Assembly (NCBI GenBank): GCA_964586355.1 | Contig: CAZPGO010000043.1 | Span: 10,427-42,426 of the forward strand | Length of the DNA stretch: 32,000 nucleotides | Reading direction: 5' to 3' | DNA from: an uncultured archaeon | GTDB lineage: Archaea; Iainarchaeota; Iainarchaeia; Iainarchaeales; CSSED10-239 | Shown here: positions 1 through 9,078 of the stretch, one piece after another | Numbering within the stretch: the first letter of the stretch is position 1 | Layout of the letters: each line of letters starts with the position of its first letter | The notes under the pieces: generated by a model | What the model saw: the letters and a program-made list of their open reading frames with translations, nothing else | What the model was told of the DNA's origin: nothing | Databases searched by the model: none | Program-made: the position numbers and the translations under genes

Positions 1-133
1 TTGCTTTGCCTTTTATTGGTTGGCTATTTATTTTTAATTTGTAATTGTCTTTATCAATACAAATTATTTCTGGCGATTTACTAGAATTACAAATCACCTG
101 TAAATTAATTACTTGATTTTTTGTAAAGTTCAT
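1..133 (-). CDS. Hypothetical protein, N-terminal fragment (gene runs off the left edge)
   Basis: An ATG at 131-133 (minus) opens a frame that stays open for 44 codons to position 1 (MNFTKNQVINLQVICNSSKSPEIICIDKDNYKLKINSQPIKGKA...). In DNA this AT-rich, a 44-codon stop-free run is only modest evidence. There is no clear Shine-Dalgarno. Confidence 0.25.
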   Translation of the reverse strand, partial: MNFTKNQVINLQVICNSSKSPEIICIDKDNYKLKINSQPIKGKA

Positions 134-385
134 CTTTGTAATTTTTTATAATTTTCTAATTTTTTTAAAATCTATTTTTTTCTAAAAACTAAACTTTTTA
201 ATATACTAAATTATTTTTTTGATTTTTATTTTTAAGAACAATCTTTAAAACAATATTGTTCTTTTATTAAATATCTATCAATAATATAATAATATAAGAA
301 AACTATTATAAATGATATCTAATTTCAAAAAATAATAGACAGATAACACCCATTTTAAAATAAAAAGAACTAAAAGAGGTTAAAA

Positions 386-787
386 ATGAAAAAAAACAAA
401 GTAAAGGGGTCTAATGCTGAAAGAGAGCTTTTATTTATGCTTTTTGAGGAGGGTTTTGCTGTGTCAAGGGTTGCTGGTTCAGGTTGCTCAACTCTACCAA
501 CTCCAGATATTATTGCTGTAAAAAACAAAATTTCTGTTGCTATTGAGTGTAAGACAAAAATAGGGGATTACCTAAATATTAAAGAATCACAAATAGAGGA
601 GCTAAAAACCTGGGAAAAAATGTCAAAATGTAAGTCATACATTGCTTGGAGGCTTGGTAAAGATGCATGGTATTTTTTGGAGTTAAAGGATCTTAAGAAA
701 ACAACAAAAGCATATTCTATAAAAAAAGAGGATATTATTAATAAGGGTATGACATTAAAGGATTTTATTTTTTTTGTTATGAAATAG
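386..787 (+). CDS. hjc: Holliday junction resolvase Hjc (archaeal type)
   Basis: 133-aa ORF. The pattern G-x-x-AERE-x5-L-x3-GFAV-x-R-x-AGS ... PD-IIA ... IECK matches the Hjc nuclease core (E / D / E-x-K). GAGGT lies 5 nt upstream of the ATG. Confidence 0.85.
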   Translation: MKKNKVKGSNAERELLFMLFEEGFAVSRVAGSGCSTLPTPDIIAVKNKISVAIECKTKIGDYLNIKESQIEELKTWEKMSKCKSYIAWRLGKDAWYFLELKDLKKTTKAYSIKKEDIINKGMTLKDFIFFVMK

Positions 788-871
788 TTTTTTTCTTTTA
801 TAATATAAATATGTTTATATAGAGTTTCAATCAGATATATTATAGCAACAATAAAAAATGGGAAATAAATT

Positions 872-1006
872 ATGGCATATTTAGAACTAGAAGACATCAT
901 AAGAAGCTTAGAAATAGAAGCAAAAAAAGAAAAAAGTTTAAGAAAAAAATGTTTATATGATTCAGCCATAAAAACATTAAAAGAACTTAAAGAAAGAAAA
1001 AGCTAA
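872..1006 (+). CDS. Small charged helical ORF (44 aa), hypothetical
   Basis: The ATG at 872 gives MAYLELEDIIRSLEIEAKKEKSLRKKCLYDSAIKTLKELKERKS. It is not in the ORF track because it is under 60 aa. The ribosome-binding site is weak. Its last 12 codons form copy 1 of the 37-bp direct repeat. Coding status is uncertain. Confidence 0.25.
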   Translation: MAYLELEDIIRSLEIEAKKEKSLRKKCLYDSAIKTLKELKERKS

Positions 1007-1007
1007 T
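971..1007. repeat. Direct repeat copy 1 (37 bp, aaaacattaaaagaacttaaagaaagaaaaagctaat)
   Basis: Base-for-base identical to 2884..2920. Read directly from the sequence. Confidence 0.9.
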
Positions 1008-1419
1008 GTTGACAAGATCTTAATAAAATTGTAGCAAAAAGAACCCCTGTTGGCATTGCAACCATAACAGCAAAAGGGGCCTTCTCTTTTTCTGCCATAT
1101 TGGGCACAAAATTTGGATCTCTTCTTTTTATTTCAAATTCACGAGCTCTAACGATTTTTTCGGGAACTTTTTTTCCTAAAGCAACACTTTTTAGAACACT
1201 TTCTAAAATAGCTTGTACTTCTGGAGCACTTTTTTTTGCTAATTGGGCCTCAAGTATTTTAACTGCTTTTCTTTTAACAATTGCTTGATTTTTAACTGCT
1301 TGTTTTTTTAATACCTCTAACTCGGCAACTGTCCAAGCAGTTGTTTTTTTCTTTTCTGCAACAACTTTTGTACCTGCAGAAGTTGTTCTAAATTTTACTG
1401 TTGGTTTTCTATATTTCAT
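1003..1419 (-). CDS. Hypothetical basic protein with hydrophobic C-terminal segment
   Basis: 138-aa ORF with an ATG start and a strong SD (GGTGGAGGCGGAT ending about 7 nt before the ATG). The N-terminus is Lys/Ala/Val-rich and the C-terminus (APFAVMVAMPTGVLFATILL) looks like a membrane anchor. No family recognised. It is visibly richer in G/C than its neighbours. Confidence 0.6.
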   Translation of the reverse strand: MKYRKPTVKFRTTSAGTKVVAEKKKTTAWTVAELEVLKKQAVKNQAIVKRKAVKILEAQLAKKSAPEVQAILESVLKSVALGKKVPEKIVRAREFEIKRRDPNFVPNMAEKEKAPFAVMVAMPTGVLFATILLRSCQH

Positions 1420-1553
1420 TTAATAATCCGCCTCCACCAAATAATACAAACCTCTAAAAAAATAGAAATCCGATATATATATATCGAATATGGTGTGATT
1501 TGATTTTGCCCAAGAATTTGTGCATAAAGAATAGATTTATTATTGTATCTAAA

Positions 1554-2708
1554 TTATAAAAAAAAGTCTACGCCATTTGCAAGAATTTTATTTTTTATTT
1601 TTAGAGTATCAAATAATTCTTTTTGCTTATCTTTTATATCTTGATTGTATTTTGCCTCAACTATAGTATCTTTATATTTAAAATCTATTTCAATATTATT
1701 TTCTCTTATAAATCTAGGGCTATTTTCTTTTATTTTTAAAAAAACCAAATTTTCGTAAATGGAACCTAAATCTCTAAAACCAGTAACTACATTTTTAATT
1801 CCAACGTCTGCACAATATATCTTTTTATTATCTACAATTCTTTCATTCAAACTTTTAGCATCTTTTTCTATAATATAAAACAAATAAGTTTCTTTGAAAT
1901 AATCAATATAATTTTTAACTGAATTCTTACTAATTCCTAAAATATGACTTAATTTATTATAAGATATTGGCTTACCTACTCTCTCACAAAGCAATCTGAA
2001 TAAATTTTCAATAGCATCATTATCTCTTAAATTATATTTTGCTATTATGTCCTTATATATTATGTTTTTTGTTAAATTTATTATATATTCTGGATCTTTT
2101 GTAAGAACATATTCTGGCATGCCCCCATATTCCATATACTCTTCAAAATATTTTTCTAAAAGATATTTTTCTGATTTTTTTGGGGCATAATTTTTAAAAA
2201 ATAAAAATTCTTGAAAATCCAGTGGTTTTACTTCTAATACTCTACTTCTTCCAGTTAATAGTGCCTTTTTATCAATTAATTTATTTGCAGAAGAGGATGT
2301 GGCAAATATCTTACTATTTCCCAAATCATATAAATTCTTAAGTTCTTCTTTAAAAGAATCCTTATATGTGACTTCATCAAAAAACAAATAAATTTTTTCG
2401 TTTATCTTTAAATTATTTATCTTTCTAAACTCTCTAACTAAATCAGATATACTCTTATCTCTAAAAGAGAAAGAATCTAATGACAAATAAAGTATTTTCT
2501 TTGCATTTACATTTTGATCATTTATTAGAAAAAAAATCAATTGTTTAAGTAAAGTTGATTTTCCTACCCTTCTAAGACCAGTCAATAAAATAATATCTTT
2601 ATTATTTAAATTGCGTTCTAAAAAAGACAAATATTTCTCTCTTTTAATGCCCATTAGTTTATACTTTTCTTCCCACCACGGATTGAATTCATAAAATAGT
2701 TCATTCAT
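1554..2708 (-). CDS. AAA+ superfamily ATPase (COG1373 / DUF4143-type)
   Basis: 384-aa ORF with a Walker A motif GLRRVGKST and Walker B-like YLFFDEV. The overall layout (N-terminal ATPase plus C-terminal DUF4143-like region) is typical of the archaeal 'predicted ATPase (AAA+ superfamily)' family. Confidence 0.75.
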   Translation of the reverse strand: MNELFYEFNPWWEEKYKLMGIKREKYLSFLERNLNNKDIILLTGLRRVGKSTLLKQLIFFLINDQNVNAKKILYLSLDSFSFRDKSISDLVREFRKINNLKINEKIYLFFDEVTYKDSFKEELKNLYDLGNSKIFATSSSANKLIDKKALLTGRSRVLEVKPLDFQEFLFFKNYAPKKSEKYLLEKYFEEYMEYGGMPEYVLTKDPEYIINLTKNIIYKDIIAKYNLRDNDAIENLFRLLCERVGKPISYNKLSHILGISKNSVKNYIDYFKETYLFYIIEKDAKSLNERIVDNKKIYCADVGIKNVVTGFRDLGSIYENLVFLKIKENSPRFIRENNIEIDFKYKDTIVEAKYNQDIKDKQKELFDTLKIKNKILANGVDFFL

Positions 2709-2883
2709 ATATTACATCTGTAACAAACAGTATATAAAGGTTGCCTTTACTAAAGTCCACCAACACTGGTTTGTAGTTTTTAGTAATTACAACTAATAAT
2801 CCTTTAATCTATGCAGTTAAAAATAGTGTGCATAAATTTTTTTACAAAAAGTTCAAAAAAAAGGTTTATATTAGTCTACTATT

Positions 2884-2920
2884 AAAACATTAAAAGAACT
2901 TAAAGAAAGAAAAAGCTAAT
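2884..2920. repeat. Direct repeat copy 2 (37 bp)
   Basis: Identical to 971..1007. The in-frame context upstream is closed by a TAG at 2872-2874, so only the 3'-terminal gene fragment is duplicated. Confidence 0.9.
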
Positions 2921-2935
2921 TGTTTTTTAAAAATA

Positions 2936-3283
2936 TTATAACAATTTATATTTTTTTGTAAACTGATCTATTTCAGTTTCTTTAATAGGCCCAATACCAA
3001 GGCAAGTAATGTCTGGTCCAGGTAATTGAGTCAATCCTGCGTCTTTTATTAAAACACAAGGAAATCTATTTTTTATGGATTGATAAAGCTCTAATAGCTC
3101 TGTTTTTGATTCTATCTTTAAAACAACTTTTTTCTGACCATAAGTAAGCCAAGAATCGACAGCTTTAGGGTCTTTTTTAGAAGTTAGAAGATAACTTTCT
3201 ATTGCTGCATGCCCTGCTTGTGCTGCTATTTTGCCTTTCCCTAGTTTTAGATCGTTTCTTACTATTATTACTTGTTTATACAT
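2936..3283 (-). CDS. pth2: Peptidyl-tRNA hydrolase, archaeal/eukaryotic Pth2 type
   Basis: 115-aa ORF. The N-terminus KQVIIVRNDLKLGKGKIAAQAGHAA, followed by GLTQLPGPDITCLGIGP, is the characteristic PTH2 signature. Confidence 0.88.
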   Translation of the reverse strand: MYKQVIIVRNDLKLGKGKIAAQAGHAAIESYLLTSKKDPKAVDSWLTYGQKKVVLKIESKTELLELYQSIKNRFPCVLIKDAGLTQLPGPDITCLGIGPIKETEIDQFTKKYKLL

Positions 3284-3320
3284 GTTTTTCTAATATAAAA
3301 GTATATTTAAATGATGAAAA

Positions 3321-3677
3321 TCATTCATCCTCTGATTCAAACTCTGGACTTTCATCACTACTATTATCTATTCCTAAAAAGGTCATAGTAAATGTTGTTT
3401 GAAGTCTGCCCCACATTGAGGTTATTTGTTTTGTTTCGTTTAAGTATATGGTTGTATTAAACTCATATCCTCTATGCTCATTTTTTACTAAATAGTGTCT
3501 ATCATATTCTATTTGTGCTCCATTTGATATTAAATTAACAAGTTTAAAAATATAAACACCATCATGTAATCCAAACTCATCACCAACAGACACAACTTCT
3601 TCTGTTTCTTCTTTTGTATTTTTTGATGGACGTTCCATATCTGTTACTTTTTTTAGTATATGAAATCTTGCTTTCAT
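3321..3677 (-). CDS. Hypothetical protein with acidic C-terminal tail
   Basis: 118-aa ORF with an ATG start and GGAGA about 10 nt upstream. The C-terminus is DNSSDESPEFESEDE. No family recognised. Confidence 0.5.
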   Translation of the reverse strand: MKARFHILKKVTDMERPSKNTKEETEEVVSVGDEFGLHDGVYIFKLVNLISNGAQIEYDRHYLVKNEHRGYEFNTTIYLNETKQITSMWGRLQTTFTMTFLGIDNSSDESPEFESEDE

Positions 3678-3761
3678 TATTGATCTTTCTCCATTTTTAG
3701 TGTTTTAAATATTTATTTCTAATAAACTTAAGAATAATATGTTTATAAATATAATTATTTT

Positions 3762-4760
3762 TCACCAATTTATAATAACTTGGTCAGTTCTAAATTTTGG
3801 GTTGATTTTTGTATTTTTAAGAGACATTCCTTTTTTATAATTATTAAGATAATGCTTTAGTCCAAGATCTGCAATAATCAAACCATTATCTACGCACACA
3901 ACCATTGGTGGTACAAATAATTTAATTTTATTTTGCTTACAAAATATTTCTAACATTTCTTTTAGGGCTTTACTTGCTGCAACTCCACCAATTACCATTA
4001 CTTCTTTTTTTTTTGTGTAAGAAAGTGCTCTATCAGTTACTTCTAACAACATGGCGTAAGCTGTGTGCATAAAGGAATAAATTAGTTCTTCTTTTGGATA
4101 TTTGTCTATTAATTTTTTTGAATGTGTTAATAATCCTGAAAAGTTCAGATCCATTCCTTTTACTGAGTATGGTAGTTCTATATATTTAGATCTATCTGCC
4201 TTAAAATAAATTTCATCTAAAACAGGGCCACCAGGAAATCCATAGCCTAAATCTCTTGCAAAGCTATCAAATAAATTACCTATACCAATATCTAGTGTTT
4301 CTCCAATTATTTTATATCTATTTTCGTCTTTTGCGATTATTTGTGTGTTTGCTCCTGAGGTGTAAATTATAAGAGGATCTTTTGCGTTTAATAGGGTTTT
4401 GCCTATTTCTATGTGGGAGATGCAATGATTTACTCCAATAATTGGTTTGTTATACTTAATTGCTAATACTCTAGCAACAGTTGCAGAGACTGATAAACAA
4501 GGGCCTAATCCTGGACCTTGTGAAAAAGAAATAATATCTATATCTTTTAGTTTTAGGTTTGCTTTTTCTAGTGCGGAGATTAAAACATTAATAACATTTT
4601 CATAATGGAATATGGACACATCAAATGGTTTTAGTCCTTCTCCATCTTTAGAAACAAATTGTTTTTTTTCATTTGCAAGTATATTGCCATAATTATCAAT
4701 TATTCCAACTCCTATGGTGTGAGCAGTACTTTCTATTCCTAAACATATTTTTTTTTTCAT
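3762..4760 (-). CDS. kae1: tRNA N6-adenosine threonylcarbamoyltransferase Kae1 (stand-alone, no Bud32 fusion)
   Basis: 332-aa ORF. It carries LGIESTAHTIGVGI, the metal-binding block GVNHCISHIEIG, and the C-terminal VCVDNGLIIA typical of Kae1/TsaD/Gcp ASKHA-fold proteins. Confidence 0.9.
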   Translation of the reverse strand: MKKKICLGIESTAHTIGVGIIDNYGNILANEKKQFVSKDGEGLKPFDVSIFHYENVINVLISALEKANLKLKDIDIISFSQGPGLGPCLSVSATVARVLAIKYNKPIIGVNHCISHIEIGKTLLNAKDPLIIYTSGANTQIIAKDENRYKIIGETLDIGIGNLFDSFARDLGYGFPGGPVLDEIYFKADRSKYIELPYSVKGMDLNFSGLLTHSKKLIDKYPKEELIYSFMHTAYAMLLEVTDRALSYTKKKEVMVIGGVAASKALKEMLEIFCKQNKIKLFVPPMVVCVDNGLIIADLGLKHYLNNYKKGMSLKNTKINPKFRTDQVIINW

Positions 4761-4800
4761 ATTTTTCTTTTAATTTATAATTATAATTGGTTTTTTCCTC

Positions 4801-6777
4801 TTAATTTCTGTTATTATAACCAGTATATAATTCTTCTAGGGTATTTACATTTGTGTTATTTGGATAAAGTACTCTAGATACAGAAGTTTTACAATCACAA
4901 AGTCCTTGTTTACAACAGTTATAAAGTGGTCTTAATTTTTCATACTCTTTATTATTTGGATTACATAGTTTATCATAAACTACAAAACTATTATCTAGGT
5001 CCTTAAACTCACAATAATACCCATCAAAACAACTATAACATTTTTTTGTGCTTACCCAATATAGAATATTATTTTTTTCTATTGTTTTATATTCTTCTTC
5101 TGAAAATAATGTAATTCTGTCTTGTAAGATTCCTTGTTGAAAGGTCAAATACTCATCTAGATTTTCTAGCCCTACTTTTTTTCCTACCATATGTAGAATT
5201 TGATCTCTAGAAGATATGTTTCCTAAATATAATGCTGCATGAGTATATTGTCTATCTCGTCCTACCATATCTTTTTTTTTTACAAGTTCTAAATTGTTTA
5301 TGGAATTATCATTTAGTCTATAAAGATAATCACTTGTTGGAATATAGATTCCTAAGATCACTCCAGGAATTAAGGTTAATGGCAAATTACTTTCTTTTTC
5401 CCAAATTACTTTGTTTTCATATATTAGATCCCAAGCATTTGCTTTTATGTAGTTAAGACCAAAAATATTTCTTGCAGTATCTACTGCAACTTTTGAGCAT
5501 AAAAAGGGTCTTGGGAGATATAAGCCATTACAGTTTTTATTTGTTTGATCTATTACACAATTATATTTTAAAATATCTGAATTAGAGAGTCTTTTTTCAG
5601 GGACTATAATGGTTTTTGTTTCTGGTAATGGACACATTTGTAATAAAAAATTATTATCATTTGGATATACGGTTATAGAAACAGAACCACCTAATCCTGG
5701 TTTTTCTAAATCTCCAACAGTTTCTGCTAATAATGATGGATCGTATTCTCCAGATAAGCATCTCATTCTATATGTGGATTTATAATAGGTTGTGTAATTT
5801 GCTATAATTTTGTCTTTTAAAGTTGTATTATTATATCTTTGTGTGCTCAAAACCTCTTTTAAAACAAGATATTTTGCCATCTTTACTGCAATTTGTAGAT
5901 CTGCATTATTACTTACTTTTTCATCATAGTTTGTTATTCCAAATCTAAATCTTATTGGCATAGAGGTATATTTGTATGAAAAACAAGTAGCATAAAAAAG
6001 GTCTACAGAGTCATGATGTGTTTGAAGCAAATTATACCAATTTGAAATAATTCTATTTAGCTCAAATGGTTTGTTTGAGTTTGCTGATTCTGATTCAATA
6101 ACTTTAATTATATTTTTATATAAAACTGCTCCCATAAGAGCACTAGCATAGGGATTTCTGTTTTCTTTTATTTCGTTTGCTAGTTGCCTATATTCAGAAT
6201 CTGAGTCTATAATGTTATTTTTGCCTCCAAATGTGGATCCATATCTGTTTCTTTGTATATCTTCATTTATGGTTAAAAGATCTGTTTCTTTAAAGATAGA
6301 TTCTAAGTATTTTGTATTTCTGAGTTTAGATTCTTTAGAAAGAACAATATCATTATACCAAACAGGACCTATTTGACCAATACCTTTAAACAAATTATCA
6401 GAACTTATAAGACCTATTCTTTGATTTTTATTTTTCCAAGCAGAGCACCCAGATTCTGCTGACATCATTGCAAAGTATTGAACGGTTTCTTCTTCTGTAA
6501 ATTTTAAAGTGTTTGCAATAGTAAAAACTATTCTTAAAAAATCATCTTGACAGTTTTGATAATCACCAACCGCTTTATCTATCTGCCCACTAATCATTTC
6601 TTTTAGTGCTGTTTTTCTTGAAGGTCTTAGATCAAAATCATCAAGATAATTATCAATTACAAGCTCATAATCTTGCTCTGTGTTTTGTCTATTCGGCTCA
6701 TTTGGTAAAGATGCATTTATATTAACACTAAACAAAAGCAAAAATAGTAAAGGTATTATGTATTTTTTAAAGATCAT
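4801..6777 (-). CDS. Secreted two-domain cell-wall-hydrolase-like protein (lytic-transglycosylase/lysozyme-like plus NlpC/P60-like papain-fold domain, Cys-rich C-terminus)
   Basis: 658-aa ORF with an ATG start and the signal peptide MIFKKYIIPLLFLLLFSVNINA. Residues ~100-220 read MMSAESGCSAW ... FKGIGQIGP ... NRNPYASALMGAVLY, comparable to the E-S / G-L-M-Q / N-x-x-x-G-x-x-Y-L motifs of SLT family enzymes. Residues ~420-530 read LCSKVAVDTARNIFG ... IPGVILGI ... YTHAALYLGN ... ILHMVG, a Cys...His pattern like NlpC/P60. The domain calls are by eye only. Confidence 0.55.
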   Translation of the reverse strand: MIFKKYIIPLLFLLLFSVNINASLPNEPNRQNTEQDYELVIDNYLDDFDLRPSRKTALKEMISGQIDKAVGDYQNCQDDFLRIVFTIANTLKFTEEETVQYFAMMSAESGCSAWKNKNQRIGLISSDNLFKGIGQIGPVWYNDIVLSKESKLRNTKYLESIFKETDLLTINEDIQRNRYGSTFGGKNNIIDSDSEYRQLANEIKENRNPYASALMGAVLYKNIIKVIESESANSNKPFELNRIISNWYNLLQTHHDSVDLFYATCFSYKYTSMPIRFRFGITNYDEKVSNNADLQIAVKMAKYLVLKEVLSTQRYNNTTLKDKIIANYTTYYKSTYRMRCLSGEYDPSLLAETVGDLEKPGLGGSVSITVYPNDNNFLLQMCPLPETKTIIVPEKRLSNSDILKYNCVIDQTNKNCNGLYLPRPFLCSKVAVDTARNIFGLNYIKANAWDLIYENKVIWEKESNLPLTLIPGVILGIYIPTSDYLYRLNDNSINNLELVKKKDMVGRDRQYTHAALYLGNISSRDQILHMVGKKVGLENLDEYLTFQQGILQDRITLFSEEEYKTIEKNNILYWVSTKKCYSCFDGYYCEFKDLDNSFVVYDKLCNPNNKEYEKLRPLYNCCKQGLCDCKTSVSRVLYPNNTNVNTLEELYTGYNNRN

Positions 6778-6833
6778 ATTTTTTTCACAATTATAGTATA
6801 AATAAAATATAGCTTACAAAATAAATATATATA

Positions 6834-7523
6834 CTACTTTCTTGGTAAAATGATCTCAATTAACTCGTTTTCTTCCAAATATTTATTTATTTCAAAGATC
6901 TGCACTTTTTCTTTTTCTAGGCTTATAACAGATTGGTTATTATCTATTTTTCCTACATATAAAACAACATGTGTATAATCATATTCTGATAGATTTAAAA
7001 GATTTAAAAAATCTTTATTTTCTTTTGTTTTTATTCCTAAGATAGATCCTTCTGGTATTTGTGAATTATCTATTTTATTGTCTTTATATTTATTCCAAAC
7101 AACAATATTATTTTCTTTTGTATTTAAAAGCCAAGCATGGTCTAAATCATAATTGATATTATAAACTTTTTCTGCAAGAATTACTACTAGTTGTGCACAA
7201 TAGTTGTTTTTTTTTATATAAACTCCTTGACAGATTTCTCCAACTTTACATTCTCCAATTGCTTTTATAATTTCTTCTGAAAGTATTCTTTCTGGAATCA
7301 CCACATTTTCTTTTTTAAGATTTCTTTCAAAACTATTAAAAAAATGTAAAAAATCATAATCTATTATTGTTGGTATTTTTGAAAGTATTTTTTGAGAAAC
7401 AGTAAACAAATCTAAAATAATCTGTTTATCTTCTTCTATTTCTATTTGTTCTGATTCTACTTCTTGTGCATAGCAATTACTTAAAAACAGAATTACAATT
7501 AATAAGAGTAATATTTTTTTCAC
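6834..7523 (-). CDS. Secreted NlpC/P60-like papain-fold protein, paralogous to the C-terminal domain of the upstream 658-aa protein
   Basis: The track ORF 6834..7595 begins at a TTG with no SD. The in-frame GTG at 7521-7523 is preceded by AGGT about 9 nt upstream and yields a canonical signal peptide, MKKILLLLIVILFLSNCYA. The motifs NYCAQLVVILAEKVYNINY ... IPEGSILGI ... YTHVVLYVGK align with the 658-aa protein. Confidence 0.5.
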   Translation of the reverse strand: MKKILLLLIVILFLSNCYAQEVESEQIEIEEDKQIILDLFTVSQKILSKIPTIIDYDFLHFFNSFERNLKKENVVIPERILSEEIIKAIGECKVGEICQGVYIKKNNYCAQLVVILAEKVYNINYDLDHAWLLNTKENNIVVWNKYKDNKIDNSQIPEGSILGIKTKENKDFLNLLNLSEYDYTHVVLYVGKIDNNQSVISLEKEKVQIFEINKYLEENELIEIILPRK

Positions 7524-7636
7524 TAATTTTCTACCTTTTTTGTATTTTCTAAAGATTTTAGTTCTAAAATGTTTATAAATTGATTTTTTATACAAACCAC
7601 TAATATTTTAATATTGTTCTAATCAATAAATATATT

Positions 7637-9076
7637 ATGAGCATAAAACTATATAACACAAAAACAAAAAAAAAAGAAATATTTAAATCACACAAGCCAA
7701 ATTTACTTAAAATATATGTTTGTGGGGTTACTATTTATGATGATGTTCATATTGGTCATGCTTTCTCTTATATTAATTATGACATTTTAATTAATTATTT
7801 TAAATATTTTTTAGGGTATGAAATATTATATGTAAGAAACATAACAGATGTTGGTCATTTAACAGATGATGGAGATTCTGGTGATGACAAAATTGAAAAG
7901 CGTGCTCAACTTAGAAAAATTCATCCTATGGAGCTAGTTTATATATATAGCCACAGAATGTGGAAATGTTTTGATGCTCTTAAATTATCTAGACCTAATC
8001 TTGAACCAACAGCTTCAAGTCACATACTAGAAATGCAAGAATGGATTAAAAAAATGCTAGGGAATGGCTTTGCTTATGAAGTTAATGGAAATGTTTATTA
8101 TGATATTTCAAAGTTTAAGGATTATGGAAAATTTGCAAACAAAAAAATTGAGGATTTAGAAAAGAACACAAGATTTGAAAATGATTCTAATAAAAAAAAC
8201 ATTCAAGATTTTGCTTTATGGATAAAAGCAGAACCAAAGCACATATTAAAATGGCCCTCTCCTTGGAGTGTTGGGTATCCAGGGTGGCATCTTGAGTGTT
8301 CTGTGATGGGCACTAAATATTTAGGAGAAAAGTTTGATATACATGGTGGAGGAATAGAACATGTCTTTCCACACCACCAAAACGAGATTGCTCAAAATTA
8401 TGGATTTTACCAACACGATGTTGTAAAATATTGGGTACATAGTGCAATGCTAATGGTTAATGGTAAAAAAATGGGCAAGTCTTTAGGAAATTTCATCACA
8501 ATAGAGGATTTTCTTAAAAAACATTCTGCTGAAAGTTTAAGATATTTGTTTAGTACTGGCCATTATAGAAAGCCTCAAAACTATACTGAGCAAGCTATCT
8601 CTGATTCAGAAAATGCTATTGAGCGAATTAATAAATTTATAAAAAGATTACAGAAAATAAATAACAGCAACGAAAGTAACTTTGGAAAAGAAATAATTGA
8701 GACTACATTAGAAAATTTCAAAAACTCCATGAACGATGATCTAAACACCCCAAGTGCATGGGCTAGCATATGGATGCTAGTAAAAGAAATAAATAAGATA
8801 ATGGACCAAAACAACCTAACCACACAAGAAGCTAATCAAATATTAGATTTCTTACAAAAAGTTAATCTTGTGTTTAAGGTTTTTAATTTTGAAATAGAGA
8901 ATAAAGATAACAGAGAAAAAATAAAAAAAGAAGAAGTTGAAGATCTTATTAAAAAAAGAAAAATTGCAAGAGAAAATAAGAATTGGGAAGAAGCTGATCT
9001 AATAAGATTAAATCTAGAAAAAAAGGGAGTAATATTAAGTGATTCTCCAACAGGAACCTCTTGGCATTATGAATAG
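7637..9076 (+). CDS. cysS: Cysteinyl-tRNA synthetase
   Basis: 479-aa ORF with class I motifs HIGHA and KMGKS. The CysRS-specific blocks YVCGVTIYDDVHIGHA and GWHLECS are present, along with a C-terminal DALR-like helical domain. Confidence 0.92.
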   Translation: MSIKLYNTKTKKKEIFKSHKPNLLKIYVCGVTIYDDVHIGHAFSYINYDILINYFKYFLGYEILYVRNITDVGHLTDDGDSGDDKIEKRAQLRKIHPMELVYIYSHRMWKCFDALKLSRPNLEPTASSHILEMQEWIKKMLGNGFAYEVNGNVYYDISKFKDYGKFANKKIEDLEKNTRFENDSNKKNIQDFALWIKAEPKHILKWPSPWSVGYPGWHLECSVMGTKYLGEKFDIHGGGIEHVFPHHQNEIAQNYGFYQHDVVKYWVHSAMLMVNGKKMGKSLGNFITIEDFLKKHSAESLRYLFSTGHYRKPQNYTEQAISDSENAIERINKFIKRLQKINNSNESNFGKEIIETTLENFKNSMNDDLNTPSAWASIWMLVKEINKIMDQNNLTTQEANQILDFLQKVNLVFKVFNFEIENKDNREKIKKEEVEDLIKKRKIARENKNWEEADLIRLNLEKKGVILSDSPTGTSWHYE

Positions 9077-9078
9077 TT

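Noticed and set aside
568-969. 133-aa minus-strand ORF from the track, overlapping hjc
   Set aside because: It is antisense to a well-supported Hjc gene. It has a low-complexity Ile/Phe/Ser/Lys composition typical of the shadow frame of AT-rich coding DNA, and it has no SD.
3311-3335. C/D-box-like motifs (ATGATGA ... CTGA) just after and overlapping the end of the 118-aa ORF
   Set aside because: The C-to-D' spacing is 14 nt rather than ~12. No C'/D box pair or terminal stem follows, and the CTGA lies inside the coding acidic tail of the minus-strand gene. This is most likely coincidence.
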